A DNA stretch of 63,667 nt, the filler included, from Octopus bimaculoides (lineage: Eukaryota): NCBI RefSeq assembly GCF_001194135.2. It is 7 parts of 6 records of this genome, joined end to end, with 100 filler letters (N's around TTAATTAATTAA, not from the genome) between each part and the next. Parts side by side here need not be neighbours in the genome. Positions count along the whole stretch, not along the records: positions 50,741 to 55,245 come from NC_068989.1; positions 55,346 to 58,137 come from NC_068981.1; positions 58,238 to 60,728 come from NC_069007.1; positions 60,829 to 63,667 come from NC_069007.1; 3 more parts are not named here. One strand, given 5' to 3'. Below are positions 51,481-63,667 of the stretch, piece after piece. A program made the position numbers and the translations under genes. Position 1 is the first letter of the stretch. Every line of letters begins with the position of its first letter. The notes under the pieces are model-generated. The model did no database searches. It saw only the letters and a program-made list of their open reading frames with translations, and was not told the DNA's origin.

Positions 51481-51574
51481 GGATCAAAATTCAAAAATTA
51501 CAGGTAAAAACTCAATTAAATTCAATTTATCAAAAATTAAAATTAAATGAAGTTTCACAGTATTTGATAGATAC

Positions 51575-51790
51575 TCTTTTACTCTTTACTCTTTTACTTG
51601 TTTTAGTCATTTGACTGCGGCCATGCTGGAGCATCGCCTTTAGTCGAGCAAATCGACCCCGGGACTTATTCTTTGTAAGCCTAGTACTTATTCTATCGGC
51701 CCCTTTTGCCGAACCGCTAGGTTACGAGAGACATAAATACACCAGCATCGGTTGTCAAGCATCGCTAGGAGGACAAACACAGACACACAA
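51575..51790 (-). mobile_element. SINE family 2, 3' portion with (TACTCTTT)n tail
   Basis: Homologous to 19611-19810. Confidence 0.8.
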
Positions 51791-53013
51791 ACACACATAC
51801 ATATATACATATATATATATACATATATATGTTTGCATGTATGTATGTATGAATGGGTGTNNNNNNNNNNNNNNNNNNNNNNNNNNNNNNNNNNNNNNNN
51901 NNNNNNNNNNNNNNNNNNNNNNNNNNNNNNNNNNNNNNNNNNNNNNNNNNNNNNNNNNNNNNNNNNNNNNNNNNNNNNNNNNNNNNNNNNNNNNNNNNNN
52001 NNNNNNNNNNNNNNNNNNNNNNNNNNNNNNNNNNNNNNNNNNNNNNNNNNNNNNNNNNNNNNNNNNNNNNNNNNNNNNNNNNNNNNNNNNNNNNNNNNNN
52101 NNNNNNNNNNNNNNNNNNNNNNNNNNNNNNNNNNNNNNNNNNNNNNNNNNNNNNNNNNNNNNNNNNNNNNNNNNNNNNNNNNNNNNNNNNNNNNNNNNNN
52201 NNNNNNNNNNNNNNNNNNNNNNNNNNNNNNNNNNNNNNNNNNNNNNNNNNNNNNNNNNNNNNNNNNNNNNNNNNNNNNNNNNNNNNNNNNNNNNNNNNNN
52301 NNNNNNNNNNNNNNNNNNNNNNNNNNNNNNNNNNNNNNNNNNNNNNNNNNNNNNNNNNNNNNNNNNNNNNNNNNNNNNNNNNNNNNNNNNNNNNNNNNNN
52401 NNNNNNNNNNNNNNNNNNNNNNNNNNNNNNNNNNNNNNNNNNNNNNNNNNNNNNNNNNNNNNNNNNNNNNNNNNNNNNNNNNNNNNNNNNNNNNNNNNNN
52501 NNNNNNNNNNNNNNNNNNNNNNNNNNNNNNNNNNNNNNNNNNNNNNNNNNNNNNNNNNNNNNNNNNNNNNNNNNNNNNNNNNNNNNNNNNNNNNNNNNNN
52601 NNNNNNNNNNNNNNNNNNNNNNNNNNNNNNNNNNNNNNNNNNNNNNNNNNNNNNNNNNNNNNNNNNNNNNNNNNNNNNNNNNNNNNNNNNNNNNNNNNNN
52701 NNNNNNNNNNNNNNNNNNNNNNNNNNNNNNNNNNNNNNNNNNNNNNNNNNNNNNNNNNNNNNNNNNNNNNNNNNNNNNNNNNNNNNNNNNNNNNNNNNNN
52801 NNNNNNNNNNNNNNNNNNNNNNNNNNNNNNNNNNNNNNNNNNNNNNNNNNTGGTCTGTTTCGATCTTTGAACTTTTAATCGTTTAAACTATACGAGTGAC
52901 TATGCGTGCGTGCGTGTGTGCCAATTTGTATGTCGATAGGCAGACAGACAGACAGAAAGACAGACAGACAGACAGACAGACAACCAGACAGATAGATAGA
53001 TAGATAGATAGAC

Positions 53014-53046
<33 letters not shown>

Positions 53047-53171
53047 CCACACGCACACATATATATATATATATATACATATATATGTTTGCATGTATGT
53101 ATGTATGAATGGGTGTGTGTGTATGTGTGCATGTGAGTTTCTGTGTGTGTGCGCCTGCGCGCGAGTGTGTG

Positions 53172-53372
53172 ATCTATTTTCAGATATCTGATATCTTTCT
53201 GTAACAGATATAAAAAAAGTTTCATCGTTGGAATGCAAATAACAAAACAATATCACAGTTTGAAATTGAGAGAAGTGCTCCTTATTTTCACTCACAGACT
53301 GCATTTGCAATATGGCTGTTAGGGGGTTGATTTCTTTTTCTGGAAACCCCGAGTTTAACCATATTGACATTT
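53172..53372 (-). mobile_element. RLE-type retrotransposon family A copy 4 (degenerate 3' end)
   Basis: Minus strand GFPEKEINPLTAILQMQSVS plus family-A UTR, followed by CA/TACA repeats. Confidence 0.6.
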
Positions 53373-53409
53373 ATGTATTTGCACACAATTATCTATATTT
53401 ATTTTTTAA

Positions 53410-53625
53410 GGCGGTGAGCTGGGAGAATTGTTAGTACGCCGGGCGAAATGCTTAGCGGTATTTCGCCCGTCGCTACGTTCTGAGTTCAAATTTCACCGAC
53501 GTCGGCCTTACCTTTCATCCTCGCGAGGTCGATAAATTAAGTAGCAGTGAGACACTGGGGTCGATGTAATTGACTATCGGCCTTCCCTAAAAATTTTCGA
53601 AGCTTTGTGCCTAGAGTAGAAGTAA
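53410..53625 (+). mobile_element. SINE family 1 copy (another partial copy at 54017-54165)
   Basis: Closely similar to 13390-13582. Confidence 0.85.
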
Positions 53626-54289
53626 TTATTTATATTTATTAGTAAGGCATCGNNNNNNNNNNNNNNNNNNNNNNNNNNNNNNNNNNNNNNNNNNNNNNNN
53701 NNNNNNNNNNNNNNNNNNNNNNNNNNNNNNNNNNNNNNNNNNNNNNNNNNNNNNNNNNNNNNNNNNNNNNNNNNNNNNNNNNNNNNNNNNNNNNNNNNNN
53801 NNNNNNNNNNNNNNNNNNNNNNNNNNNNNNNNNNNNNNNNNNNNNNNNNNNNNNNNNNNNNNNNNNNNNNNNNNNNNNNNNNNNNNNNNNNNNNNNNNNN
53901 NNNNNNNNNNNNNNNNNNNNNNNNNNNNNNNNNNNNNNNNNNNNNNNNNNNNNNNNNNNNNNNNNNNNNNNNNNNNNNNNNGCCCCTTCTGGGCAATAAA
54001 GAAATAGGTATTTCGTCTGTCTTTCTGAGTACAAATTCCTCCGAGGTCAACTTTACCTTTCATCCTTTCGGGGTCGATAAATCAAGTAGCAGTGAAACAC
54101 TGGGGTTGATTTAATCGACTAGTCCCCTCACCCCCACCCCAAATTTCAGGCCTTGTGCCTTTGGCAGAAAAGTTGTTTATGGAAGGTCAGCAGTCGACCA
54201 TGCATACCGGCCTCCCCTCTCCACACCACCAGTGTTATCAGAGACGCCGATACAGCTTGGCATCTGTGACGTCATTTCTACAGCTGAGT

Positions 54290-54382
54290 GAACTGGAGCA
54301 ACACGCAGCCCTGTCCGGGATTCGGACTTACAACCTCACCGTCGTAAGCTCGATGCTCTAACCACTGAGCTACGCGCCTTCA
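54290..54382 (-). mobile_element. tRNA-like SINE head
   Basis: Minus strand GGCGCGTAGCTCAGTGGTTAGAGCATCG...GTCCGAATCCC, followed by SINE body GTTGCTCCAGTTCACTCAG rather than a pairing acceptor stem. Confidence 0.6.
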
Positions 54383-55289
54383 CAGACTTGTACGTATGTA
54401 TGTAAATATTTAAAGAAAGTCATCAAAGCATCAAACAGCAAATCATCGAAAGACACAAGAAAAAAATCTTTGTTTCTGTGTGTTTGTGTTCGTATTTATA
54501 CAGTTTGTTTAGCTATCATGCCTCTGTGTGTGTCTGTGTGTGGTGTGTGTCTGTGTGTGGTGTGTGTCTGTGTGTGGTGTGTGTGTGTGTTTGTCTCAAT
54601 GTGAGAATTCATTATATATGTGTGTACGTGTATGGCATTTTGTATTTATATAAATACACTTATTTGAACTTCTGTGCGCTAAAATATACGTGCGATCATG
54701 TTTGAACCCATTGGATTCGAGTGGGTGATATGTATACCGTGAGCATTTTAAGACACACATATCTTAAAATGTTAGTTTTTGTTGAAATATACTTATTTGA
54801 CTGTGAATACCTATTCGTATACACTACTTCTAATGTCAGCAACATTTCAATACACCAATTTCCGTAAAGCGGCGATCTAGCAGAACCGTTTAACTCGCCG
54901 AGCGAAATGCTTAGCGGTATGTCGCCTGTTTTCTCACGGTTGTAGCAATAGCGAAAGAGGCAGTATGGAAGACTAGGATAAAATGAATTAAGACAGGCAA
55001 CTTTATCTCTGGTCACAATCTACGATCATTTTTTACTTTTCATTTGAAAAGGAAGGTGTGGCTGGAGAAGAGATGTCTGTCGGAGTGTACGTTACAAAAG
55101 AGACGGAAGCATGTTGCACGAGTGTTGTGCGTGCAAGGAACAGTGTGAATAGTCAGAAAAAAAAAGGAAAAAAAAAAAAGAAAAGTGCTTGTGGGGTCGG
55201 AGCGTGGCCTGATCATCGCTTCATTTGTATTGTCCCAGTATTGTTNNNNNNNNNNNNNNNNNNNNNNNNNNNNNNNNNNNNNNNNNNNN

Positions 55290-55301
55290 TTAATTAATTA
55301 A
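55290..55301. other. Artificial scaffold-joining spacer
   Basis: TTAATTAATTAA in an N run. Confidence 0.95.
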
Positions 55302-55349
55302 NNNNNNNNNNNNNNNNNNNNNNNNNNNNNNNNNNNNNNNNNNNNTATA

Positions 55350-55383
<34 letters not shown>

Positions 55384-58103
55384 CATGTATGCATGTATGT
55401 ATGTATGTATGTATGTATATATGTATGTATGTATGTATATATGTATGTATGTATGTATGTATGAAATGCTTGATGGGCCACATAGGAAAATGTGCTGAAG
55501 GTGCGAATCTGAGAGTCAATTAGTGGTATTTACAAATATGAAATCTTTGCACTTAGATGTTTTTGAAAATATTTTTAATGTATGCGAGTATAGCGATATA
55601 AATTCTTGCAAAAATTTAGAGGAATATAAGAGTGTGTATAAATACATTTTCATATTTTATCACAAGTTATATCAACTTCGGTACCGTTCCTGAATGTTAC
55701 TTAAACTATAGTCTGTCTTAACTGAAAATATATGCAGACGCTTACATTTATATATTCACTCCATCTGTGAAAAATAAACAATATATTCCTGGAGGAAAGT
55801 TAATTTGGTCTTCTTTGGTGTTTTACGCAAGATTTAGCATAAATATAGCTATGTATTTTTCTTTTTAATAAAATCGAGTCAAATTTTCCAAAATGCAAAG
55901 TTGTATTTGCATTAACTGTTGTGTTAAGCTTAAATAAAATAGAATTCTGTTGAATATTTATATTTTGTTGTAAGACAAAACAGAATTAATTTTAAAGAAA
56001 TGGCGGCAGATGTTTTCCCATAAGCTCAGATGAAACATAATTATTTTTGGTAATATTGTTAATTTATTAGCCCAAATTTCAGTGAAGTACGAAATTAGCA
56101 TCTGCCTGCTGATTATAGCGAGAAGATATGAAGTATGAATTAATAATAGGGCTACCCATATGGCATGATTTAGACTAACTACTTCCCGTGTTGGAATCTT
56201 GGTAGATAATACTTTACGTTTAATTTTATTAAGAGCTGGTCGAAGTGATTTGTAGATAGTAGTACAGTTGTTAGAATTGGAACGAACATGGTGGAACACT
56301 GATGACAGACGAAATTAAATTTCTATTGATATGAGTTCTCGGTACCATTTAGGTGTGTAGAACGCTTTCAATATAGTCCTATAACATAAATAACGGTGCT
56401 CAATTTAAAACATTGTTTTCATTTGGAAGTAATTGCTTTTACTAGTTAGTCATGATTTTTGTAATCCCTATGAGACCGGTGACATTCATGCTGTTGTTGT
56501 TTTGCCTGAGTATTCCTAAGATGTAAAAACAAGGACAAGTGATCCTGATATGATATTCTCTATGTCGGCGCTTAACCTGGAAAAATTGTAGCAGAATTTC
56601 TCTGAAACCATAGTCTACTGTTTAAAAATTGGTCATATTCTATGATATCGTTCAGGATACACTATATCTGAACATGAAGATGGTGTGGGGGAATCATAGC
56701 TGGAGTATCTTTTATCATTGCTGGCTTTGGACTGAGCAACAACTTATGAACAAAGTGTATTGAGAACTATCACTAAGTGTTGAAATGTGAATTTTGCTGC
56801 ATAACACGTTCTACAACCTATGTAATATTAGAAAACTGTCGGAGCTCTGGTTAAACGAGGAAATATTGTGACATTTCAAATGAGTGAAGCGTTAGAGATA
56901 TCACTAAAAAAAAAAACAAATTTGAAGTATACAGTCGGAAGGACGCTAACTCTGTACTCGCACCTTTGCCTCAACTCTACAAGCGCATGTGGCTTCCAGA
57001 TTTTGAAGCGTTTAGATAGAGTACAACATTTACCCCGAATCTTGACAGTAAACTGTTGTGTAGTAAACCTCTAGATACCACTGGTGTTTATTTACATCCT
57101 GAAATACTAGAACACCGAGAAATAAAATGCCTTGTTTAAGGACACAAAGTGCCGCCTGGCCCACGAATCGATCCCAGGACCTTATAGCTCTGAGCTTATA
57201 ACCCTCTTCATCTTGCCGTCCGTGTTCGCATGCTCTAATCTACTAACATTAAATAGAAAATGGAAATCATTTAGCCAGCAATTTACTTGCGAGAAGAGGG
57301 CGTTTATCCTTGGCCAAATCTGACTAAACAGATTTATGATCAAAAGCATTCCAGAAATAAACATGTCCATGTCTTTATAGATTAAGATTTCAGGAAGATC
57401 ATGCTACCGTTTCTAACAAGTTTTATCCCCAAAATGGCGTCCTATAAGTTCATTTAATCGATGAAGATTCGCGAAAAATATAGATCAATGGATTATGATG
57501 ATTATTGAAAGTTTACAAGTTCAAGTTCTGAGAGACAGAGATGGATGGTTTCCTGTGTTATCTTAGCGGGAAAATTATCAGCGTTTCATTTTATATTGCT
57601 AACATTATGCTAAGGCAATAATTCTCAAAAGGCCTATTCTTTCTATATGTTCTTGTTGTTGTTTATAGTCTAGCCCCAGGTTACATATTGAGCAGATATT
57701 ATGTCAAAATATATCACTCCTGATCATTACATATTATTTTCAAAGCTAAAAATAAATGGCTATCATCGAAATAGTGTCTTTCATTGGCAAACATGTGTAT
57801 TTGTAAATAGCTTTATTTAAAAAAAAAGCGTTCACAGCACTAAGCCGCAGCAGCAACTTGAATTCACGTGTCTTTCACACTTGACCGAAATAAACTGGAA
57901 TCTTCTTACTTGTATAACTAACAATGGCAAACTTCAATATGTTAATTAGTTATAAGCATAATACATCGAAGCAAAGACACTGGCATGTCCATAGCAGAAG
58001 AAGAACTGTAAATCCATCTATCGAACAGTAGCGGAGGCTTATTGTATTATAAGTAATTGTACACAAGTCTAAAATATTCATAATTCCTTGCCCCCAACAG
58101 CTT

Positions 58104-58137
<34 letters not shown>

Positions 58138-58181
58138 NNNNNNNNNNNNNNNNNNNNNNNNNNNNNNNNNNNNNNNNNNNN

Positions 58182-58193
58182 TTAATTAATTAA
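58182..58193. other. Artificial scaffold-joining spacer
   Basis: TTAATTAATTAA in an N run. Confidence 0.95.
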
Positions 58194-58237
58194 NNNNNNN
58201 NNNNNNNNNNNNNNNNNNNNNNNNNNNNNNNNNNNNN

Positions 58238-58307
<70 letters not shown>

Positions 58308-59964
58308 GATAAAGTTAGGAGCTGTCGACAGATCTGCTGCCAACCAATTTAGTTCCCCCTCCGTCACACCCACCTCTTCTAACCAACATTCTCCTCCTCT
58401 TCCTCTCTCTCTCTCCCTCACTCTCTCCTCCTCTCTCTCTTCGCCTCCTTCCTCCCTCCCTCTCTCTCTCTTACCCCCCCTCTTCTGTTGATTTCTGTTT
58501 GTTTTCATGTCCGACGTTCTCCTTTCTTATTATTTTGTCAATCACCAACTTTTGACAGGCAAAACCACTTCTTTCCGTTCAGAAAACAACAGCCACAAAT
58601 AGACATCTATTACACACACCTTACAAATGCATGGATTATATATACATACATATATATATATACACATGCGTGTCGTGTATGCATATGTATGTGTATATAT
58701 ACTTAAATATATATATATACATATATATGTATGGATGTATGTGGTAACACATACACACACACATTATATATATACACATGTGTGTGTGGATATATATTTG
58801 TGTGTTGGTGGGTGGGTGGTGTGTGTGCATGTGTGGGTGGGTGGGTGTGTATGGTATCAAGACACATGAGCATCACAAGGCGTCTTAATTCGTTTAATGG
58901 AATCATTTATTCGATGATCCTCAATGCACATACATAAGAGGCAAACACATTTTACACACACACACGCATGTATGTATGCATGTGTGTATGGGTAGATTGA
59001 TGGATGCCTGCATGTTATGTTTTCTGCCTTTCAATTCCAGCAGAAGTCTAATATACACTTCTGGTGCTGGTGTTTGTGGTGGTGTGGTTCTAGTGGTGGT
59101 TGTGATAGTGGTGATGTGGTAGTGCTTGAGTGGTCTAGCTTTGGAGATGGTGATGGTATGCAGACATTCATACATACATACATACATACACACACACATA
59201 AATGCACATATATATATATATGCATATATAATTATGTGTATTTCTTCTATCTTAATGAATAAAAATTCTTCTGATAGAATAAATGGGTTAATAGAAACCA
59301 ATGTAGCAAAGAACACATAATAACTGTAGTTAGCTCCTGTTTTTAAGGCAGGAACTCCTTGAAATTTTGGGTATTTGAGTATAATTAAGGATTGATGAGA
59401 AGGTTACAATTTTAATATCAAAGATCCCTATGGATCACACAGGTTGTAATCCTTTGAAACATATGTAGGAATAAAGTATGCAATTATAACATGCGTTTTC
59501 TTCAATCCTTAAATTCTTAAATATATATACATATATATATGCATACATGCAAATATATATATATACAAATATATATATATACAAATATATATATATATAN
59601 NNNNNNNNNNNNNNNNNNNNNNNNNNNNNNNNNNNNNNNNNNNNNNNNNNNNNNNNNNNNNNNNNNNNNNNNNNNNNNNNNNNNNNNNNNNNNNNNNNNN
59701 NNNNNNNNNNNNNNNNNNNNNNNNNNNNNNNNNNNNNNNNNNNNNNNNNNNNNNNNNNNNNNNNNNNNNNNNNNNNNNNNNNNNNNNNNNNNNNNNNNNN
59801 NNNNNNNNNNNNNNNNNNNNNNNNNNNNNNNNNNNNNNNNNNNNNNNNNNNNNNNNNNNNNNNNNNNNNNNNNNNNNNNNNNNNNNNNNNNNNNNNNNNN
59901 NNNNNNNNNNNNNNNNNNNNNNNNNNNNNNNNNNNNNNNNNNNNNNNNNNNNNNNATATCTATA

Positions 59965-60000
<36 letters not shown>

Positions 60001-60019
60001 CATTAGTAACAGAATAAAA

Positions 60020-60510
60020 ACATTATGTTCGGGTCAACGACTCAACAAAAACAACACCCCTCAAACAAACAATCATATATAAAAAAAAATACACCATGGT
60101 CGGATAACTGTCGTACTGATGACGGTTATTGAGATAGAAACATTTTATTGAGATAGAAACACGTGTCCTCTCCGGGCAGTAGTTTGCCTTTATCCTTGAT
60201 GGCGCGTCAGTCGTCATCTTCACTATCATTTCTGTTACCATCGTCATCTTCCTCATCATCACCACCACCACCACCACCACAACAATTATTATTATTATTA
60301 GCATCATCATCATCATCACATTCGACATCCTCTTCCGCCTCTTTCTCCTCTTCTTCATAACTATCATCATCATTATCACCGTCGTCATCATCAACTTTGT
60401 CGGCGTCGGTGTTGTCAACGTCGCCAGCATCAACATCATCAACATTACCGTGATCATCATCATCATCATCATCATCATCATTATCATCATCGTCGTCGTC
60501 GTCGTTGTAA
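60020..60510. repeat. Compound trinucleotide low-complexity tract (CAT/CAC/ATT/CGT)
   Basis: Directly visible; produces spurious poly-M/D/S ORFs. Confidence 0.85.
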
Positions 60511-60680
60511 TTAGAGGAAGGCCTTAATTCAAACAAGTAATATGCTATTCCCATTAAAGTCAAAAATTTAATTACCGATGTTACCAACTTAGCCGAGACT
60601 AACAACAGCAAAAGACAGAAAAATGTATTAGGAAAAAAGAAGAACAAAAAAAGCAAATTACGGGGGAAAAATAGAAAAAA

Positions 60681-60728
<48 letters not shown>

Positions 60729-60772
60729 NNNNNNNNNNNNNNNNNNNNNNNNNNNNNNNNNNNNNNNNNNNN

Positions 60773-60784
60773 TTAATTAATTAA
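60773..60784. other. Artificial scaffold-joining spacer
   Basis: TTAATTAATTAA in an N run. Confidence 0.95.
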
Positions 60785-60828
60785 NNNNNNNNNNNNNNNN
60801 NNNNNNNNNNNNNNNNNNNNNNNNNNNN

Positions 60829-60867
<39 letters not shown>

Positions 60868-61319
60868 TAACAAAGTTAATGAAAAGTAATTTGTGTGACG
60901 TCATAATGATGTCATCACTTCGAAAACAGGCAAATAAAACCAAAAGAAAATTTTAAAATATTCTGCACTAAGACCTCGCCGACGCATCTTCAAAAATATC
61001 ACTAAAACCACCACCACCACCCAAAGCAGCAACAACAAGAATAATCATTACCGCTATCGCCACAATTCCCACGTCCGTCGCTGCCGCCACACTATCGCGG
61101 CCCCTTTTTTTCTTCTTCCTTTTTTCCTAAACCTTCCCTTTACCTAACGAATAATGTTACACTCGAAACAAACATACACCCAAAACGTGATACGTACAGC
61201 TATCTAAGCAGTGCCCCATATCTCACAGAACGATTATCAGACAGGCTTTTACATCACATCATCTTCTCATCTTCACATCACACACATCATGTATATATAC
61301 ATACATGCATATGTACACG

Positions 61320-61359
<40 letters not shown>

Positions 61360-62100
61360 CATAGCTACATATATACATATATATATGTATATATATATAT
61401 ATATATATACATAGACACACACATATATATATATGTATATATATATATATAGGTATGACATCTAGATAGGTTGTTAGAGATTAAATAAGATGAGGTCGAA
61501 CTTGCGAATTTGTTGACCCACTTGCTTACGCCACAGATGATAATACACGAGATAATATAGAAGATGGCATGGAACCTGTTGTATCTTCTTTGTTTTTGTT
61601 TTTAATGAAAATTGAATGTGAACTGTAATCTCTTTGATCATTGCTTCGTTTTACGTCAGTATGGCGAAGGCGGGAATCTTCTCGTTAGAAATCCAAATCC
61701 CTTTTTTTTTTTCTTTTTCTTGGTGTACTTCGTTCAAAGGTGAAAGGTATAAACTATTTTCTATATTTATTTGAGTAAATTTCATATGGTTTAATTATGA
61801 TTAAATTTTAATTTTCTTCGTAGGTTTGTTTTTTAATCTGTAGGGCCTGAAATAGTTATTACGTTAATCACGTCGCAAAGTTGTCAGATGTTTTCAAAAT
61901 CAGACCATGCTGAGGCAGTTAACACCCTAATGTTTCGAAATTAGGTGTTAATCAGGGTTTTCAACGTAAAATCCTCTCTCCATGAAGGGCATGTTCATCT
62001 ATATGTCCAACATTTTGACCTTTCTTCTTATAGTACCTTGTGCCCTTCTGTCCGCAGTTTCCTCCTCTCACGTCGTCCTTCTTTGGAAATCCTTCAGCCT

Positions 62101-62332
62101 TATTTATTTGTTGCCCACAAGGGGCTAAACATAGAGGGGACAAACAAGGACAGACAAAGGGAATTAAGTCGATTACATCGACCCCAGTGCATAACTGGTA
62201 CTTAATTTATCGACCCCGAAAGGATGAAAGGCAAAGTCGACCTCGGCGGAATTTGAACTCAGAACGTAACGGCAGACGAAATACTGCTAAGCATTTCGCC
62301 CGGCGTGCTAACGTTTCTGCCAGCTCGCCGCC
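62101..62332 (-). mobile_element. SINE family 1, full-length copy
   Basis: The reverse complement is GGCGGCGAGCTGGCAGAAACGTTAGCACGCCGGGCGAAATGCTTAGC...GAGTTCAAATTCC...core. Confidence 0.9.
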
Positions 62333-63439
62333 TTCAGCCTGCAAAACCAATGCCTCTACTTCAGTTTTAACTTTAATTTTATCACTTCCAGATAAATGAC
62401 CAAAGCGACAAAGAAATTTTACCAAACTAGGTTTGGTAAGGTGGTATGGTGGAACTTTCAAAGAAGCTCTGTCTGGCCACTTAGAATTTAGGTTGGACAG
62501 CGAATAAATATTTAATCGTTAATTCGACAAAATACATTTTTGAAGGATTATGGTTTAAATACCCCAAATAACCCTTCATAACTTTTCAGAAAATTTTGCG
62601 GATTCGTGTTCTACACACGAAAATTCATACGATTATAAAAGATATTTACAAAATAATTTTAAATTCTCCCTTCCTCTTAAATCCTTGAAGTACCACTCTT
62701 TTCCGAATTTTTTAATAAAATCAAAGTGTATCAAACAGATTGTCCGAATACTTTGCTTAAATACCAGCAATGGAGCACGTTTGGAGGAAACACCATTCCA
62801 TTAAATGTATCTATAGAGACAAAAATATTAAAAGACATCAATACATGTAAGAGTGACAAAGAAACGAGGAAGGTATCAGGTGGTAGTAAGGCGTGCTAAA
62901 AATAGCAAATAAATCGCCCTTAAATCAAACAAGTTTCTTTGTTGTTTTTGTATAATTGTAGGAATTCTTGTGTGTAGAACATAAATTCGCAAAAAAAATT
63001 CCGAAAATTAGAAAAAAAACAAGAGGAATTATAAGGTAGGCATAAATCAAATTCCGCCAAATTTTACCAGGCAAAATAAAATATATTCTCTCGAGTCAAC
63101 GACTTTGGATTAACTCTCTAATCTACCAAACTCCTAATTTCTTGGCATTCTAAGACATTAATTATTTATTTTAATATTATGTTCGGGGAGAAATATATTA
63201 ATGACACGATAATCCAGTGAGAATTTCTAATTCTTTGGCGCGAAGGCTAACCAATTATAACTAAAATTTTTGTACTTAGCGAATTAGTGGTTAAAATTTT
63301 GATGGCTGAGCGAACGAGTTGCTACATCCTAGTAGAGAAACGCTGCGTATGTATGTATGTATGTATGTATGTATGTATGTGTGTGTGTGTGTATGCGTAT
63401 ATATGTATGTATGTATGCATGCATATATGAATGTGTCCT

Positions 63440-63547
63440 TATTCTTGCCAATAGAGAAAGAGCCGGTTTCTAACCTAGATCCAAGGTTCCTTCATTGGAA
63501 TTTCAACATCAATAACGTGTGTGTGTGCATATATATATGTATACATG

Positions 63548-63594
<47 letters not shown>

Positions 63595-63667
63595 GTATGT
63601 ATGTATATGTATGTATGTGTATGTATGTATTTCATTGTTCAGTTTTATTTCAAGATTTCTTGCCAAT
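63440..63667 (-). mobile_element. Two family-B RLE-retrotransposon 3' ends (63440-63512 and 63631-63667), each followed by (TACA)n on the minus strand
   Basis: Reverse complements match 11095-11184 and 11905-12000. (TATG)n arrays abut the second copy and lie just beyond the 3' side of the first. Confidence 0.75.

Noticed and set aside
54310-54382. tRNA gene
   Set aside because: It has A/B boxes, but the acceptor stem and T arm do not pair and it continues into SINE body sequence. The same applies to 48640-48725.

Overview
AT-rich, microsatellite-dense eukaryotic DNA, most likely an octopus or other cephalopod. That assignment is inferred from the tRNA-derived SINE families and repeat content. 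The window is not one contiguous locus: six N-TTAATTAATTAA-N spacers join seven scaffold pieces (about 1-27836, 27938-34101, 34202-50640, 50741-55245, 55345-58138, 58238-60728, 60829-63667). I find one well-supported host gene, a two-exon ANL-superfamily acyl-CoA synthetase (ACSF2/luciferase-like, minus strand, about 541 aa). The rest is a mosaic of decayed transposable elements: MULE, Ty3/Gypsy, three Penelope-like elements, L1/Tx1-like and RTE LINEs, mariner, Tc1, Tigger, several SINE families and MITEs. The most interesting signals are: (i) two families of restriction-like-endonuclease (R4/Dong-type) retrotransposon 3' ends stacked in (TACA)n microsatellites; (ii) hammerhead-ribozyme cores in Penelope terminal repeats, including one near-canonical copy with a long stem II; (iii) a foldback element centred on an inverted (CCCTAA)/(TTAGGG) repeat; (iv) the compact ANL gene with non-canonical motifs. 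All family calls come from manual motif reading, not database searches, and repeat boundaries are approximate.
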